Assembly (NCBI GenBank): GCA_965261735.1
Contig: OZ253470.1
Coordinates: 4,864,001 to 4,928,000, forward strand
DNA from: Alphaproteobacteria bacterium
Lineage (GTDB): Bacteria > Pseudomonadota > Alphaproteobacteria > SHVV01
Reading direction: 5' to 3'
Length of the DNA: 64,000 nt
Shown piece after piece: positions 9,934 to 20,850 of the stretch. The notes beneath the pieces were generated by a model. It searched no databases. It was not told where the DNA came from and was given only the letters and a program-made list of their open reading frames with translations. The position numbers and the translations under genes are program-made. Position 1 is the first letter of the stretch. Each line of letters opens with the position of its first letter.

Positions 9934-10734
9934 ATGACGGAATCGCACCGGGCGATCGAGCGCCTGCTCGCCATCATGGCCAGGCTGCGCGATCCCGAAT
10001 CCGGCTGCCCGTGGGATCGCGAGCAGGATTTCGCGACCATCGCTCCCTACACTATCGAGGAAGCCTATGAGGTCGCCGAAGCGATTCGCGGGGGCGATCC
10101 AAACGCGCTCAAGGAGGAGCTCGGCGATCTGCTGTTTCAGGTCGTGTTCCACGCGCAGCTGGCGCGCGAGGCCGGCTGGTTCGATTTCGCGGACGTGAGC
10201 GATGCCGTCTCCGACAAGATGACGCGCCGCCACCCCCACGTGTTCGGCGACGCCGTCATCGATACGGCGGCCGAGCAAACCCGGCACTGGGAGGACATCA
10301 AGGCGGGCGAACGCCGCGCCGGCCCAGGCCCCGTGAGCCGGCTCGAGGGCGTACCGCTTGCGCTCCCCGCCCTATCGCGCGCCGCCAAGCTACAGGGCCG
10401 TGCGGCGCGCGCCGGCTTTGATTGGTCTGACGCGGCAGAGATATTCGACAAGCTCGACAAGGAAATCGGCGAGCTCAAGGAGGCTCTCGCCGAGGGCGGC
10501 GCGGGCGAGCGTCATGCCGAAGAAGCCGGCGACGTCCTGTTTACCTTCGTCAATCTGGCGCGTCGCCTGGGGATCGATCCGGAGACCGCGCTGCGCGGGG
10601 CCAACGTTAAATTCGAGCGCCGCTTCCGCCATGTCGAGACGGCGCTGGCCTCCGAGGGGCAGGCGCCCGAGTCGGTGACGCTGGCCGCCATGGACGCGCT
10701 ATGGGACCAGGCCAAGCGGCGCGAACGCGAATGA
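9934..10734 (+). CDS. mazG: Nucleoside triphosphate pyrophosphohydrolase MazG
   Basis: GCPWDREQ, EEAYEV, EELGDLLFQ, RHPHVF, and a second MazG repeat. Confidence 0.95.
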   Translation: MTESHRAIERLLAIMARLRDPESGCPWDREQDFATIAPYTIEEAYEVAEAIRGGDPNALKEELGDLLFQVVFHAQLAREAGWFDFADVSDAVSDKMTRRHPHVFGDAVIDTAAEQTRHWEDIKAGERRAGPGPVSRLEGVPLALPALSRAAKLQGRAARAGFDWSDAAEIFDKLDKEIGELKEALAEGGAGERHAEEAGDVLFTFVNLARRLGIDPETALRGANVKFERRFRHVETALASEGQAPESVTLAAMDALWDQAKRRERE

Positions 10735-11492
10735 GCGCGGCCGTGAACACAGTGCTGATCACCGGCGCTACCTCGGGCTTTGGCGCGGCGACCGCCCGTC
10801 TCTTCGCCAAGGACGGCGCCCGGGTTGTTGCGGCCGGGCGGCGCGCCGAGCGCCTCGAGGCCTTGGCCCGCGAATGCGGCGACGGCCTCCACACCATCGC
10901 CCTGGACGTGCGCGACCAGGCCGCCGTCGAGCGCGCGATCGCCGGGCTGCCGCCAGCCTTCGCCGCTATCGATCTGCTCGTGAACAATGCCGGGCTGGCA
11001 CTCGGCATGGGACCCGCGCAGGACGCCGAGATGGCGGACTGGGAGGCGATGATCGATACCAACATCAAGGGCCTTCTTCACGTGACACGAGCCGTGATCC
11101 CCGGCATGACCGAGCGTCGCCGCGGCCACATTATCAACCTCGGTTCCGTGGCCGGCAGCTATCCCTATCCCGGCGGCCACGTCTATGCCGGGACCAAGGC
11201 CTTCGTACACCAGTTCTCGCTCGCGCTACGGGCCGATCTTCTCGGCTACAACGTGCGGGTGACCTGCCTCGAGCCGGGCATGGCGGAAACCGAATTCTCC
11301 GAGGTGCGCTTCGACGGCGATCGCGGCAAGGCGCGGGCGCTCTACCAGGGCATGACGCCCCTCAATGGCGAGGATGTCGCCGAGATCATTCGCTTCGTCG
11401 CCACCCTGCCCGCGCACATCAACGTCAATACCATGGAGATCATGCCGGTCGCGCAAGCGTTCGCGCCTTTCGCCGTCCATCGCGAGACCTGA
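10731..11492 (+). CDS. SDR oxidoreductase, YdfG-like (NADP-dependent 3-hydroxy acid dehydrogenase)
   Basis: TGATSGFG, NNAGLALG, YxxxK (YAGTK), ETEFSEVRF. Confidence 0.85.
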   Translation: MSAAVNTVLITGATSGFGAATARLFAKDGARVVAAGRRAERLEALARECGDGLHTIALDVRDQAAVERAIAGLPPAFAAIDLLVNNAGLALGMGPAQDAEMADWEAMIDTNIKGLLHVTRAVIPGMTERRRGHIINLGSVAGSYPYPGGHVYAGTKAFVHQFSLALRADLLGYNVRVTCLEPGMAETEFSEVRFDGDRGKARALYQGMTPLNGEDVAEIIRFVATLPAHINVNTMEIMPVAQAFAPFAVHRET

Positions 11493-11528
11493 AACACCGG
11501 CCCGGCGCGCGCTCCGAGGCAAAAAAAG

Positions 11529-11698
11529 GGGCTTACATACTTAACTTGACAGGCGGCAATCCCGCGCTCGCGTCAGTCGGTACGAACGTAACACAACAGC
11601 CCAAGACCGGAAAAAGCACTCTTCGGCGACCGCATTGCAGCTAAGACGGGGGCCACGGCAGCCGGCGAACCTGCCCGTCAAGCTAAGTATGTAAGCCC
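11529..11698. mobile_element. MITE-like non-autonomous element (~170 bp)
   Basis: TIRs GGGCTTACATACTTAACTTGAC / GTCAAGCTAAGTATGTAAGCCC (1 mismatch in 22); flanked by direct repeat CAAAAAAAG (11520-11528, 11699-11707); no credible internal gene. Confidence 0.8.
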
Positions 11699-11699
11699 C

Positions 11700-11732
11700 A
11701 AAAAAAGGGGGCCGCAGCGGTGCGGGCCCCTT
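11700..11732 (-). terminator. Rho-independent terminator of groESL
   Basis: Minus strand GGGGCCCGCA-CCGC-TGCGGCCCCC followed by T7. Confidence 0.8.
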
Positions 11733-11753
11733 AGCAACTCGTGGCCGGTGCGG

Positions 11754-13409
<1,656 letters not shown>

Positions 13410-13700
13410 CTATCCTTGCAGGACGCCCATGACGTCGGACTCCTTCATGATGACGTACTCGTCGCCCTCTATCTTTATCTCGGTGCCTGACCATTTACCG
13501 AAAAGGATGCGGTCGCCCTTCTTGACATCGAGTGGAACGATCTTTCCGTCGTCGCCGCGGGCCCCTTTGCCGGTCGCCACGACCTTGCCCTCCATGGGCT
13601 TTTCCTGTGCGGTATCGGGAATGATGATGCCGCCCGGGGTCTTACTCTCTTCTTCCACGCGCTTGACCAGGACGCGGTCGTGCAACGGCTTGATCTTCAT
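13410..13700 (-). CDS. groES: Co-chaperonin GroES
   Basis: [22 protein letters not shown]. Confidence 0.98.
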   Translation of the reverse strand: MKIKPLHDRVLVKRVEEESKTPGGIIIPDTAQEKPMEGKVVATGKGARGDDGKIVPLDVKKGDRILFGKWSGTEIKIEGDEYVIMKESDVMGVLQG

Positions 13701-13749
13701 CGAGAAATCTCCGAATCGGGCTATAAACTATGAAAGCGGGTGGCACTTG

Positions 13750-13776
13750 TTAGCACTCGCCCCCGATGAGTGCCAA
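13750..13776. promoter_or_regulatory. CIRCE element (HrcA operator)
   Basis: TTAGCACTC-N9-GAGTGCCAA upstream of groES. Confidence 0.92.
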
Positions 13777-13805
13777 CAATACCGCCCCGGTTCCGTGAGT
13801 GTCAA
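13776..13805 (-). promoter_or_regulatory. groESL promoter
   Basis: Minus strand TTGACA-18 nt-TATTGT abutting the CIRCE. Confidence 0.6.
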
Positions 13806-13916
13806 CGATGCTTCGCTGGCACGGCGCCCTGATGTCGAGGGCTTGCCGGTCACCCCGGGCTCGAGAACCGTGCGGCCGCGGACCTCGACCCGCCCAAGAC
13901 GGGCCACGCGGCGTCG

Positions 13917-15236
13917 CTAGGTGGTGGGCTCGTTCGACGCTCGGCGTTCCGGCAGGGCCTCGAAGCGCCCGGCATCGCCTGGGTCGAGGCCTACGCGGAG
14001 GTGTGCGAAGCGCTCGTCATCGGTGCGCTCGAGCACGGCGCCGTGGCGGTAGAGCCAAGCGATCGCGGCACCGTTTTCGAGGGCAACCGACAGGTCGACG
14101 ACGCGCTGGCTTCGGGCAAACCAGGCGTCGAGACATCGCAGCAGCAGTTCGCAGTGCTCGCCCGTGGCCGCCGACAGTGGCACCATGTTGCCTTCGCGGG
14201 CGGCGATATTGGCGGTGCGGCCGCGCGCACCGGCGTCGAGAAGATCGATCTTGTTGAGGACCTCGATAAGGCCGCCCTCGCCCGGGGCAGTGACGCCGAG
14301 TCGGTCCAGCACCTGCAGCACGTCAGCCTTCTGCGCCTCGTTCTCGGGATGCGCCGCGTCGCGCACGTGAATCACGACGTCGGCCGCCGAGACCTCCTCG
14401 AGGGTCGCCGAAAAGGCGGCGACGAGCTCGGTCGGCAGATCCGAGATTAATCCCACCGTATCGGAGAAGATGACGCGCCGCCCACTCGGCAGGTCGACGC
14501 CGCGCATCGTTGGGTCGAGAGTGGCGAACAGCATGTCGTCGGCGAACGAGGCGGCACCCGCCAGCCGGTTGAACAGCGTCGATTTTCCCGCGTTGGTGTA
14601 GCCGACGAGGGCGACGATGGGATACGGCACCTTGCGGCGCTCCGCGCGGTGAAGCTGTCGCGTGCGAACGATTCCCTTGAGGTCGGTCTTGATGCGCGTG
14701 ATGCGCTCGCGGATGTGTCGGCGGTCGGCCTCGATCTGCGATTCGCCGGGGCCGCCGAGAAAGCCGTAACCGCCGCGCTGGCGCTCGAGGTGCGTCCATG
14801 ACCTTACGAGTCGGCTGCGCTGATAATCGAGCGCCGCGAGCTCGACCTGTAGGCGTCCCTCTCTCGTACGCGCCCGCGCGCCGAAAATCTCGAGAATGAG
14901 CCCGGTTCGATCGATCACCTTGGTGTCCCAGGCGCGCTCGAGGTTGCGCTGCTGCACGGCCGTCAGCGCGCCGTCGATGACAATCACGTCGACCTCGCCC
15001 GCGAGGCGTTCGGCGATGTCCTCGATCTTGCCGGGGCCGAGCAGCGTGCCCGGCCGCGTCTTCTTGAGGGCAACGGGCTCCGCGGCGATGACATCGAGCC
15101 CGATAGCTCCGGCGAGGCCCACCGCTTCCGCCAGCCGCGCGTCCGGCGAGCGGCTGTTGGCATCGCCCTTGAGATAAGGATGCACAACCAGGGCGCGGCC
15201 GGCGCCCGGCGAGGACCCGTTGACCGGAAGGCTCAA
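13917..15236 (-). CDS. hflX: GTPase HflX
   Basis: [19 protein letters not shown] and NKID motifs; downstream of hfq. Confidence 0.95.
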   Translation of the reverse strand: MSLPVNGSSPGAGRALVVHPYLKGDANSRSPDARLAEAVGLAGAIGLDVIAAEPVALKKTRPGTLLGPGKIEDIAERLAGEVDVIVIDGALTAVQQRNLERAWDTKVIDRTGLILEIFGARARTREGRLQVELAALDYQRSRLVRSWTHLERQRGGYGFLGGPGESQIEADRRHIRERITRIKTDLKGIVRTRQLHRAERRKVPYPIVALVGYTNAGKSTLFNRLAGAASFADDMLFATLDPTMRGVDLPSGRRVIFSDTVGLISDLPTELVAAFSATLEEVSAADVVIHVRDAAHPENEAQKADVLQVLDRLGVTAPGEGGLIEVLNKIDLLDAGARGRTANIAAREGNMVPLSAATGEHCELLLRCLDAWFARSQRVVDLSVALENGAAIAWLYRHGAVLERTDDERFAHLRVGLDPGDAGRFEALPERRASNEPTT

Positions 15237-15237
15237 A

Positions 15238-15495
15238 TCACTCCGCGTCGACAGCGGCCTCCTCGTTGCCTTCGAAGAGCTGCACGGCGCTCGCCGGCAT
15301 CACCGTGGAAATAGCGTGCTTGTAGACGAGCTGGGCGTGCCCATTGCGACGCAGTAGCACCGAGAAATTGTCGAACCAACTGATTACACCTTGGAGCTTC
15401 ACGCCGTTCACCAGGAATACGGTGACCGGCAGCTTGTTTTTGCGGATGTGGTTGAGGAATACGTCCTGAAGGTTTTGGCCTTTCGCTGCGGACAT
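15238..15495 (-). CDS. hfq: RNA chaperone Hfq
   Basis: [24 protein letters not shown]. Confidence 0.98.
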   Translation of the reverse strand: MSAAKGQNLQDVFLNHIRKNKLPVTVFLVNGVKLQGVISWFDNFSVLLRRNGHAQLVYKHAISTVMPASAVQLFEGNEEAAVDAE

Positions 15496-15676
15496 GGGTT
15501 GTGCCCCCGTGTATCTCGATTGAGCGATTGCCGGTGGTCCACGGCGGCCCCGCCGACCTGATCGACGAGCCTACGAGCCCCCGCCGGCGAGACGGCGCCC
15601 TACCGGTGCTTGTCCACAAGTAAAATGGGGTAACGAGCGGCAACTTGCAATAGCGGCCGGCCATCGCTCCGGTGGG

Positions 15677-16546
15677 TCACCGCCGCTGCCGCCCCGCGCC
15701 CTGCGCGTGCGTATGGGACTCATAAAGGTCGTGCAGCCGGCAGGTGAGTGGCCCCGGCCGGCCATCGCCTATGACCGTCTCATCGATCCTCACGACCGGC
15801 AGAACGAGCGCGGTCGTGCTGGTGGCGAAGGCCTCTTGTGCCGCCTTTGCCTCGTCGACGGTGAAGGGCGCCTCGACGAGCGCAGCGTTGTCGCGCTGGG
15901 CGAGATCGAGAAGGACGCTGCGCGTAATGCCGCTAAGGATCGCCGGGCCGAGATCCCGTGTCTGCAGGGCTCCGTCGCCGTTGACGATCCAGGCATTGGT
16001 CGAGCTGCCTTCGGTAACGAAGCCGTGGGCGTCGACCTGCCATGCCTCATAGAAGCCGCCCTCGCGGGCCCGCTGCTTGGCGAGAACGTTCGCGAGCAGC
16101 GCGGTCGACTTGATGTCGCATCGGGCCCAGCGCTGGTCGGGCAGTGTGGAGATGGCGACCCCGTCGCTGAAAAGCGCCGGTGCGGGCACCTGGTTGCGGG
16201 CCGTAACCACGAGCGTGGCCTCGGCCGTGGCGGGAAAGGCGTGGTCGCGCGGCGCCGTACCCCGCGTCATCTGAAGGTAGACGATCCCCTCCCCCACCCG
16301 GTTGCGGCGCACGCACTCGTGGATCACGACGCTGAGCGCGCGACGCGACATGGGCCTGGGGATCGCGAGCTCGCCGAGCGAACGCTCGAGGCGGTCGAAA
16401 TGGGGCCCCTCGTCGAGCAATCGACCGCCGGTTACGGCAATAACCTCGTAAACGCCGTCAGCGAACTGGTAGCCGCGGTCCTCGATGTGGATGGCGGCCT
16501 CGCTGTGGCGCACGTAGTGTCCATTGACGTAGGCGATGCGGGACAT
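15677..16546 (-). CDS. dat: D-amino-acid transaminase (class IV PLP enzyme)
   Basis: EDRGYQFADGVYE, RCDIKS, EGSSTN, ILSGITR. Confidence 0.9.
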   Translation of the reverse strand: MSRIAYVNGHYVRHSEAAIHIEDRGYQFADGVYEVIAVTGGRLLDEGPHFDRLERSLGELAIPRPMSRRALSVVIHECVRRNRVGEGIVYLQMTRGTAPRDHAFPATAEATLVVTARNQVPAPALFSDGVAISTLPDQRWARCDIKSTALLANVLAKQRAREGGFYEAWQVDAHGFVTEGSSTNAWIVNGDGALQTRDLGPAILSGITRSVLLDLAQRDNAALVEAPFTVDEAKAAQEAFATSTTALVLPVVRIDETVIGDGRPGPLTCRLHDLYESHTHAQGAGRQRR

Positions 16547-16562
16547 GCTTGGCGGGCCTTTG

Positions 16563-18014
16563 CTAGCGGCGCCAGAACGTGGCCCGGAACAGCACCAGCA
16601 CCGTCAAAAGCTCGAGCCGTCCAACCAGCATCGCCAGGCAAATCACCCATTTCGCGCCGTCCGGAAACGCGGCCCAGTGGGCCGTCCCGCCGCTCCCCAT
16701 GACCAGCGCGGGGCCCGTGTTGCTGAGCGCGGCCGCGGCCGCTGCGAGCGCGGTGCGCGCGTCAAGGCCGAACAGCGACAATGCCACGGCCACGGTGACG
16801 AAGCCAAACATGAACAACACGAAGAAGCTCCACGCCGCACGCATCACGGGCTCGGCCACGGTCTGCTTACCGTAGCGGAGGCGCACGATCCCGTGCGGAT
16901 GGGCGAGCCGGGCGAGCTCTCTGCCGCCCTGCTTGAAATAGAGCCCCAAGCGCATGAGCTTGATGCCGCCGGCGGTCGAACCGGTAGCGCCTCCGACCAA
17001 CGCCAAGGTCAGCAACAACACCGGTACGCTGACCGGCCAGGTCGCGGCATTGCCCGTGGTAAAGCCGGTCGTCGACAGCATGGAGACGGCGTTGAACAAG
17101 CCGGTCCTGAGCGCAAGCGTCGTATCGGCATCCGCCTGCCAAGCGTAGAGTGCCGCGACCGCCGCAGCGCCGAGCGCCGCGAGGACGAGAAAATACTGGC
17201 ACTCTGGATCGCCGGCATAGGAGCCGAAGCGGCCGTGAAATGCGGCCCAATGGAGCGAGAAATTGAGCGCGGCGATGGTCATGAACACAATCAGAACGAG
17301 CTCGATCAGCGGGCTGTCGTAGACGCCGATCGATCCCTCGCGCGCCGTGAATCCAGCGCTCGAGAGGGCGCTGAGCGCGTTCACGAGCGCATCGAACGGC
17401 GGCATGCCAACGGACCACAGGACCGCGGTGCAGAGCGCCGTGAGGGTGGCGTAAATCCACCAGATCGCGCGGATGGCCTCGACGAGGCGGGGTTTGAGAG
17501 CGTCGCGCTCGCCGCGCGGAATGGCGCTTCGGAACAGGTGCATTCCGCCGATTCCGTGCAGCGACAGGAGCGACACCGCGAGGAGGATGGTGCCGAGCCC
17601 GCCGATCCACGCGAGGAGGGCGCGCCACAGCAGAACGCTTCGTGCCGCTTGGTCGACGTCGGCGAGCAGGGTGGCGCCGGTTGTCGTGAGTCCGGAGAGC
17701 GACTCGAAGTAGGCGCCGGTCAAGCTGTCGAAGGTGCCGGTGAGGAGGAACGGGATGGCGCCGAACAGAGGCAGCACCGTCCACGCCAGTACGGCGAGCA
17801 GAAAGCCCTCGGGCTTGCCGACCTCCGGGCGCGCGCCGCGGGTGGCGATGATCAGCGCCCCGCCGATGAAGGCCGTCAGGACGGCCGTCGCGACGAAGGC
17901 CGATGCCGCCGTCCCTTCGGCGAGCCCGTAGGCGAGCAACGCCGGTGCCAACATCGCACCGGCGAGCGCGGCCAGACCCCACCCGAGGACCGAAAGCACC
18001 GTCGCATACGACAT
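16563..18014 (-). CDS. trkH: Potassium uptake membrane protein TrkH
   Basis: Multi-TM; FES.SGLTTTGAT, GSTAGGIK, MLVGRLE. Confidence 0.92.
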   Translation of the reverse strand: MSYATVLSVLGWGLAALAGAMLAPALLAYGLAEGTAASAFVATAVLTAFIGGALIIATRGARPEVGKPEGFLLAVLAWTVLPLFGAIPFLLTGTFDSLTGAYFESLSGLTTTGATLLADVDQAARSVLLWRALLAWIGGLGTILLAVSLLSLHGIGGMHLFRSAIPRGERDALKPRLVEAIRAIWWIYATLTALCTAVLWSVGMPPFDALVNALSALSSAGFTAREGSIGVYDSPLIELVLIVFMTIAALNFSLHWAAFHGRFGSYAGDPECQYFLVLAALGAAAVAALYAWQADADTTLALRTGLFNAVSMLSTTGFTTGNAATWPVSVPVLLLTLALVGGATGSTAGGIKLMRLGLYFKQGGRELARLAHPHGIVRLRYGKQTVAEPVMRAAWSFFVLFMFGFVTVAVALSLFGLDARTALAAAAAALSNTGPALVMGSGGTAHWAAFPDGAKWVICLAMLVGRLELLTVLVLFRATFWRR

Positions 18015-18035
18015 CGAGGGGAGAGGCGCCGGTGG

Positions 18036-19412
18036 CTAGAAGTAGTCGGCACGCACGGAAAACAACTGTTCGACCTTTTTCACGACGCCGGCGACCGCGA
18101 ACAGGATGACCCGATCGTGCGCGCGAATGATCGTGTCGCCGCGCGGGATGACGACCTCGTTGTCGCGCACGAGAGCGCCGATGATGATGCCCTGGGGCAG
18201 GCGTGTTTCGCGGATAGGTACCCCGACGAGCGGCGAGGTCTCGAGGGCCTCGGCTTCGATGATCTCCGCCATGCCGTCGCGAAGACTGTGAAGGCCGCGG
18301 ATACGACCGCGGCGCACGTGCTGCAGGATGGTCGATACGGTGGATGCGCGTGGGCTCACGACCACATCGATGCCGAGCGAGCGGATCAGCGACCAGTATG
18401 CGAGCGTATTGACCAGCGTCACCGCGCGTTGGCAGCCGGCGCGTTTGGCCAGCAGCGAGGCGAGAATGTTGACCTGATCGTCGTTGGTCACGGCGACGAT
18501 GGTCTCGGTCGCGCTGATGTTGGCTTCATCGAGGATTTCGCGATCGAGGGCGTCGCCGTTGATGACCACGGTGTGGCTCAACTCGTCGGCCGCGACCTCG
18601 GCGCGTGCCTTGTTGGCCTCGATGATCTTGACCCGCACGTTCGAGTGGTCCTGCTCGAGCTGCTTGGCGAGGAATAGACCGATATTGCCGCCGCCGACGA
18701 TAACGACGCGGTGCGCCTCTTGTTCCTCGTGGCCGAACGCGGCCATCGCCCGGTTTACGTGCGCCGTATCGACGGCGAAATAGACTTCGTCACCAGCCTT
18801 CATCTCGTCGTCGGCCGTTGGCACGGTGATCCCGTCGCCGCGGATGATGCCGAGCACGCGGATGTTGAGGTCGGGGAAGAGCTCGGTGAGCTGGCGCAGC
18901 GGCGTGTCGACGATCGGACAGTCCTCACGGTCGAGCACCGCGATAACCCGCACGAGATCGTCGGCAAAGGGAATCATGTCCGTTGCGCCCGGCACCTGAA
19001 GGCGGCGCATGACCGCGCGCGCGACCTCGATCTCCGGCGAGATGATGACGTCGATGGGCATGTTGTCGCGGCTGAACAGGTTCTGCCACATCGGCTGGAG
19101 ATAGCCCTGCTCGCGGACCCGCGCGATCTTCATGGGGACGTTGAACAACGAGTGCGCGACCTGGCACGCGACCATGTTGATCTCGTCGGCCTGGGTGACC
19201 GCGATGATCATGTCGGCCCCTTCCGCACCGGCCCGCTCCAGCATCTCCGGATGCGCCGCATGCCCGACCATGGCCTGGACGTCGAGCGTGTCGGTGAGGC
19301 GGTCGATGAGGTCCCGCTCGTGATCGATGACGGTGACGTCGTTGTGCTCGGCGGTGAGCTGGCGGGCGATACTGTGACCCACCTGGCCGGCGCCGCAGAT
19401 GATGACCTTCAT
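18036..19412 (-). CDS. trkA: Trk system NAD-binding protein TrkA
   Basis: Two RCK units with GAGQVG and GGGNIG. Confidence 0.95.
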   Translation of the reverse strand: MKVIICGAGQVGHSIARQLTAEHNDVTVIDHERDLIDRLTDTLDVQAMVGHAAHPEMLERAGAEGADMIIAVTQADEINMVACQVAHSLFNVPMKIARVREQGYLQPMWQNLFSRDNMPIDVIISPEIEVARAVMRRLQVPGATDMIPFADDLVRVIAVLDREDCPIVDTPLRQLTELFPDLNIRVLGIIRGDGITVPTADDEMKAGDEVYFAVDTAHVNRAMAAFGHEEQEAHRVVIVGGGNIGLFLAKQLEQDHSNVRVKIIEANKARAEVAADELSHTVVINGDALDREILDEANISATETIVAVTNDDQVNILASLLAKRAGCQRAVTLVNTLAYWSLIRSLGIDVVVSPRASTVSTILQHVRRGRIRGLHSLRDGMAEIIEAEALETSPLVGVPIRETRLPQGIIIGALVRDNEVVIPRGDTIIRAHDRVILFAVAGVVKKVEQLFSVRADYF

Positions 19413-19443
19413 CGTCCCACTTTCACGGCGTCGCCCGCGGCGA

Positions 19444-20850
19444 CTAGGATTCGACGGCGGGCGCGCGTTCCTCGCCCGTTACGCCGAGTGTCTTGAGCTT
19501 GCGGTGGAGCGCCGAGCGCTCCATGCCGACGAAGCTCGCGGTGCGCGAGATGTTGCCGCCAAAGCGGTTGATCTGGGCCAGTAGATACTCGCGCTCGAAC
19601 AATTCCCGGGCCTCGCGCAGCGACAGGCCCATGACCTTCTCGCTTCCATTGGGGCGGACCATGGCTAGGCCCGCCGCGCCCAGCTCCGGCGGCAACATGT
19701 CGGCCGTGATCGGCGTGCCGGCATCCCCCGGTCCCATGATCAGTAAGCGCTCCACCATGTTACGGACCTCGCGCACGTTGCCGGGCCAGTCATAGGCTTG
19801 GAGGGTCGCCATCGCATCCTCGTCGATGGCGCAACTCGGCAGGCCCGACACATCGACCGCGCGCTGGATGAAGTAGGCTGCGAGCAGCGGAATGTCCTCG
19901 CGGCGTTCCTTCAGGGGAGGCACGCGAACGGGGACCACGTTGAGGCGGTGATACAGGTCCTCGCGGAAGCGCCCGGCCACGATTTCCGCCGCCAGGTCCC
20001 GGTTGGTGGCACTGACCACGCGAACGTCCACGTGCACTTTCGCGCTCCCGCCGACGCGCTCGAAGGTCTGCTCTTGGAGCACCCTCAGGATCTTGGCCTG
20101 AGTCTCGAGCGGCATGTCGGCGACCTCGTCGATAAACAAGGTGCCGCCGTGGGCCTGTTCGAAGGTTCCCTTGTGCGGCCCCGCGGCGCTACCGGGGATG
20201 CCGTTCTCGATCCCGAAGAGCTCGATCTCCATGCGCTCGGGCACGAGGCGCGCCGCATTGAGCACGACGAAGGGCTGCTCCGCCCTCCGTGAACGGGCGT
20301 GCAGCTGACGCGCGATCACTTCCTTGCCGGAACCGGGCGGGCCGGAAATGAGGACGCGGCTGCCCGTTGGGGCGACCTTGTCGATCACCTGATCCAACAG
20401 GTTCATGGCCTGCGAGCGGCCGATGAGCTCGGTGTCGTAGCCGGCGCGCGACCGCAGATCTTCGTTCTCGCGACGCAGCCTGGCCGCTTCGATGGCCCTC
20501 TCGATAATGACGAGCAGGCGATCGGCCTTGAACGGCTTCTCGATGAAATCGTAGGCGCCGCGCTTGATCGCGGTCACCGCGGTTTCGATATTCCCGTGGC
20601 CGCTGATCATGACGACCTGCGTCTCGGGATGGCCCCGCCTCACCTGCTCAAGGAGCTCCATACCGTCGAGTTCGCTGCCCTGCAGCCAGATGTCGAGAAT
20701 CAGCAGCGATGGGACGCGCGCCTCGATGGCCAGCAGCGCGGCGGAGCTATCGGCCGCAACCCGCGTATCGTAGCCGTCATCGGCGAGAATCCCGGAGACC
20801 AGATCGCGGATATCCGCTTCGTCGTCGACGATGAGGATGTCATGAGCCAT
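19444..20850 (-). CDS. ntrX: Response regulator NtrX
   Basis: MAHDILIVDDE, LDIWLQGS receiver; AAA+ domain lacking GAFTGA; C-terminal ERSALHRKLK. Confidence 0.92.
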   Translation of the reverse strand: MAHDILIVDDEADIRDLVSGILADDGYDTRVAADSSAALLAIEARVPSLLILDIWLQGSELDGMELLEQVRRGHPETQVVMISGHGNIETAVTAIKRGAYDFIEKPFKADRLLVIIERAIEAARLRRENEDLRSRAGYDTELIGRSQAMNLLDQVIDKVAPTGSRVLISGPPGSGKEVIARQLHARSRRAEQPFVVLNAARLVPERMEIELFGIENGIPGSAAGPHKGTFEQAHGGTLFIDEVADMPLETQAKILRVLQEQTFERVGGSAKVHVDVRVVSATNRDLAAEIVAGRFREDLYHRLNVVPVRVPPLKERREDIPLLAAYFIQRAVDVSGLPSCAIDEDAMATLQAYDWPGNVREVRNMVERLLIMGPGDAGTPITADMLPPELGAAGLAMVRPNGSEKVMGLSLREARELFEREYLLAQINRFGGNISRTASFVGMERSALHRKLKTLGVTGEERAPAVES

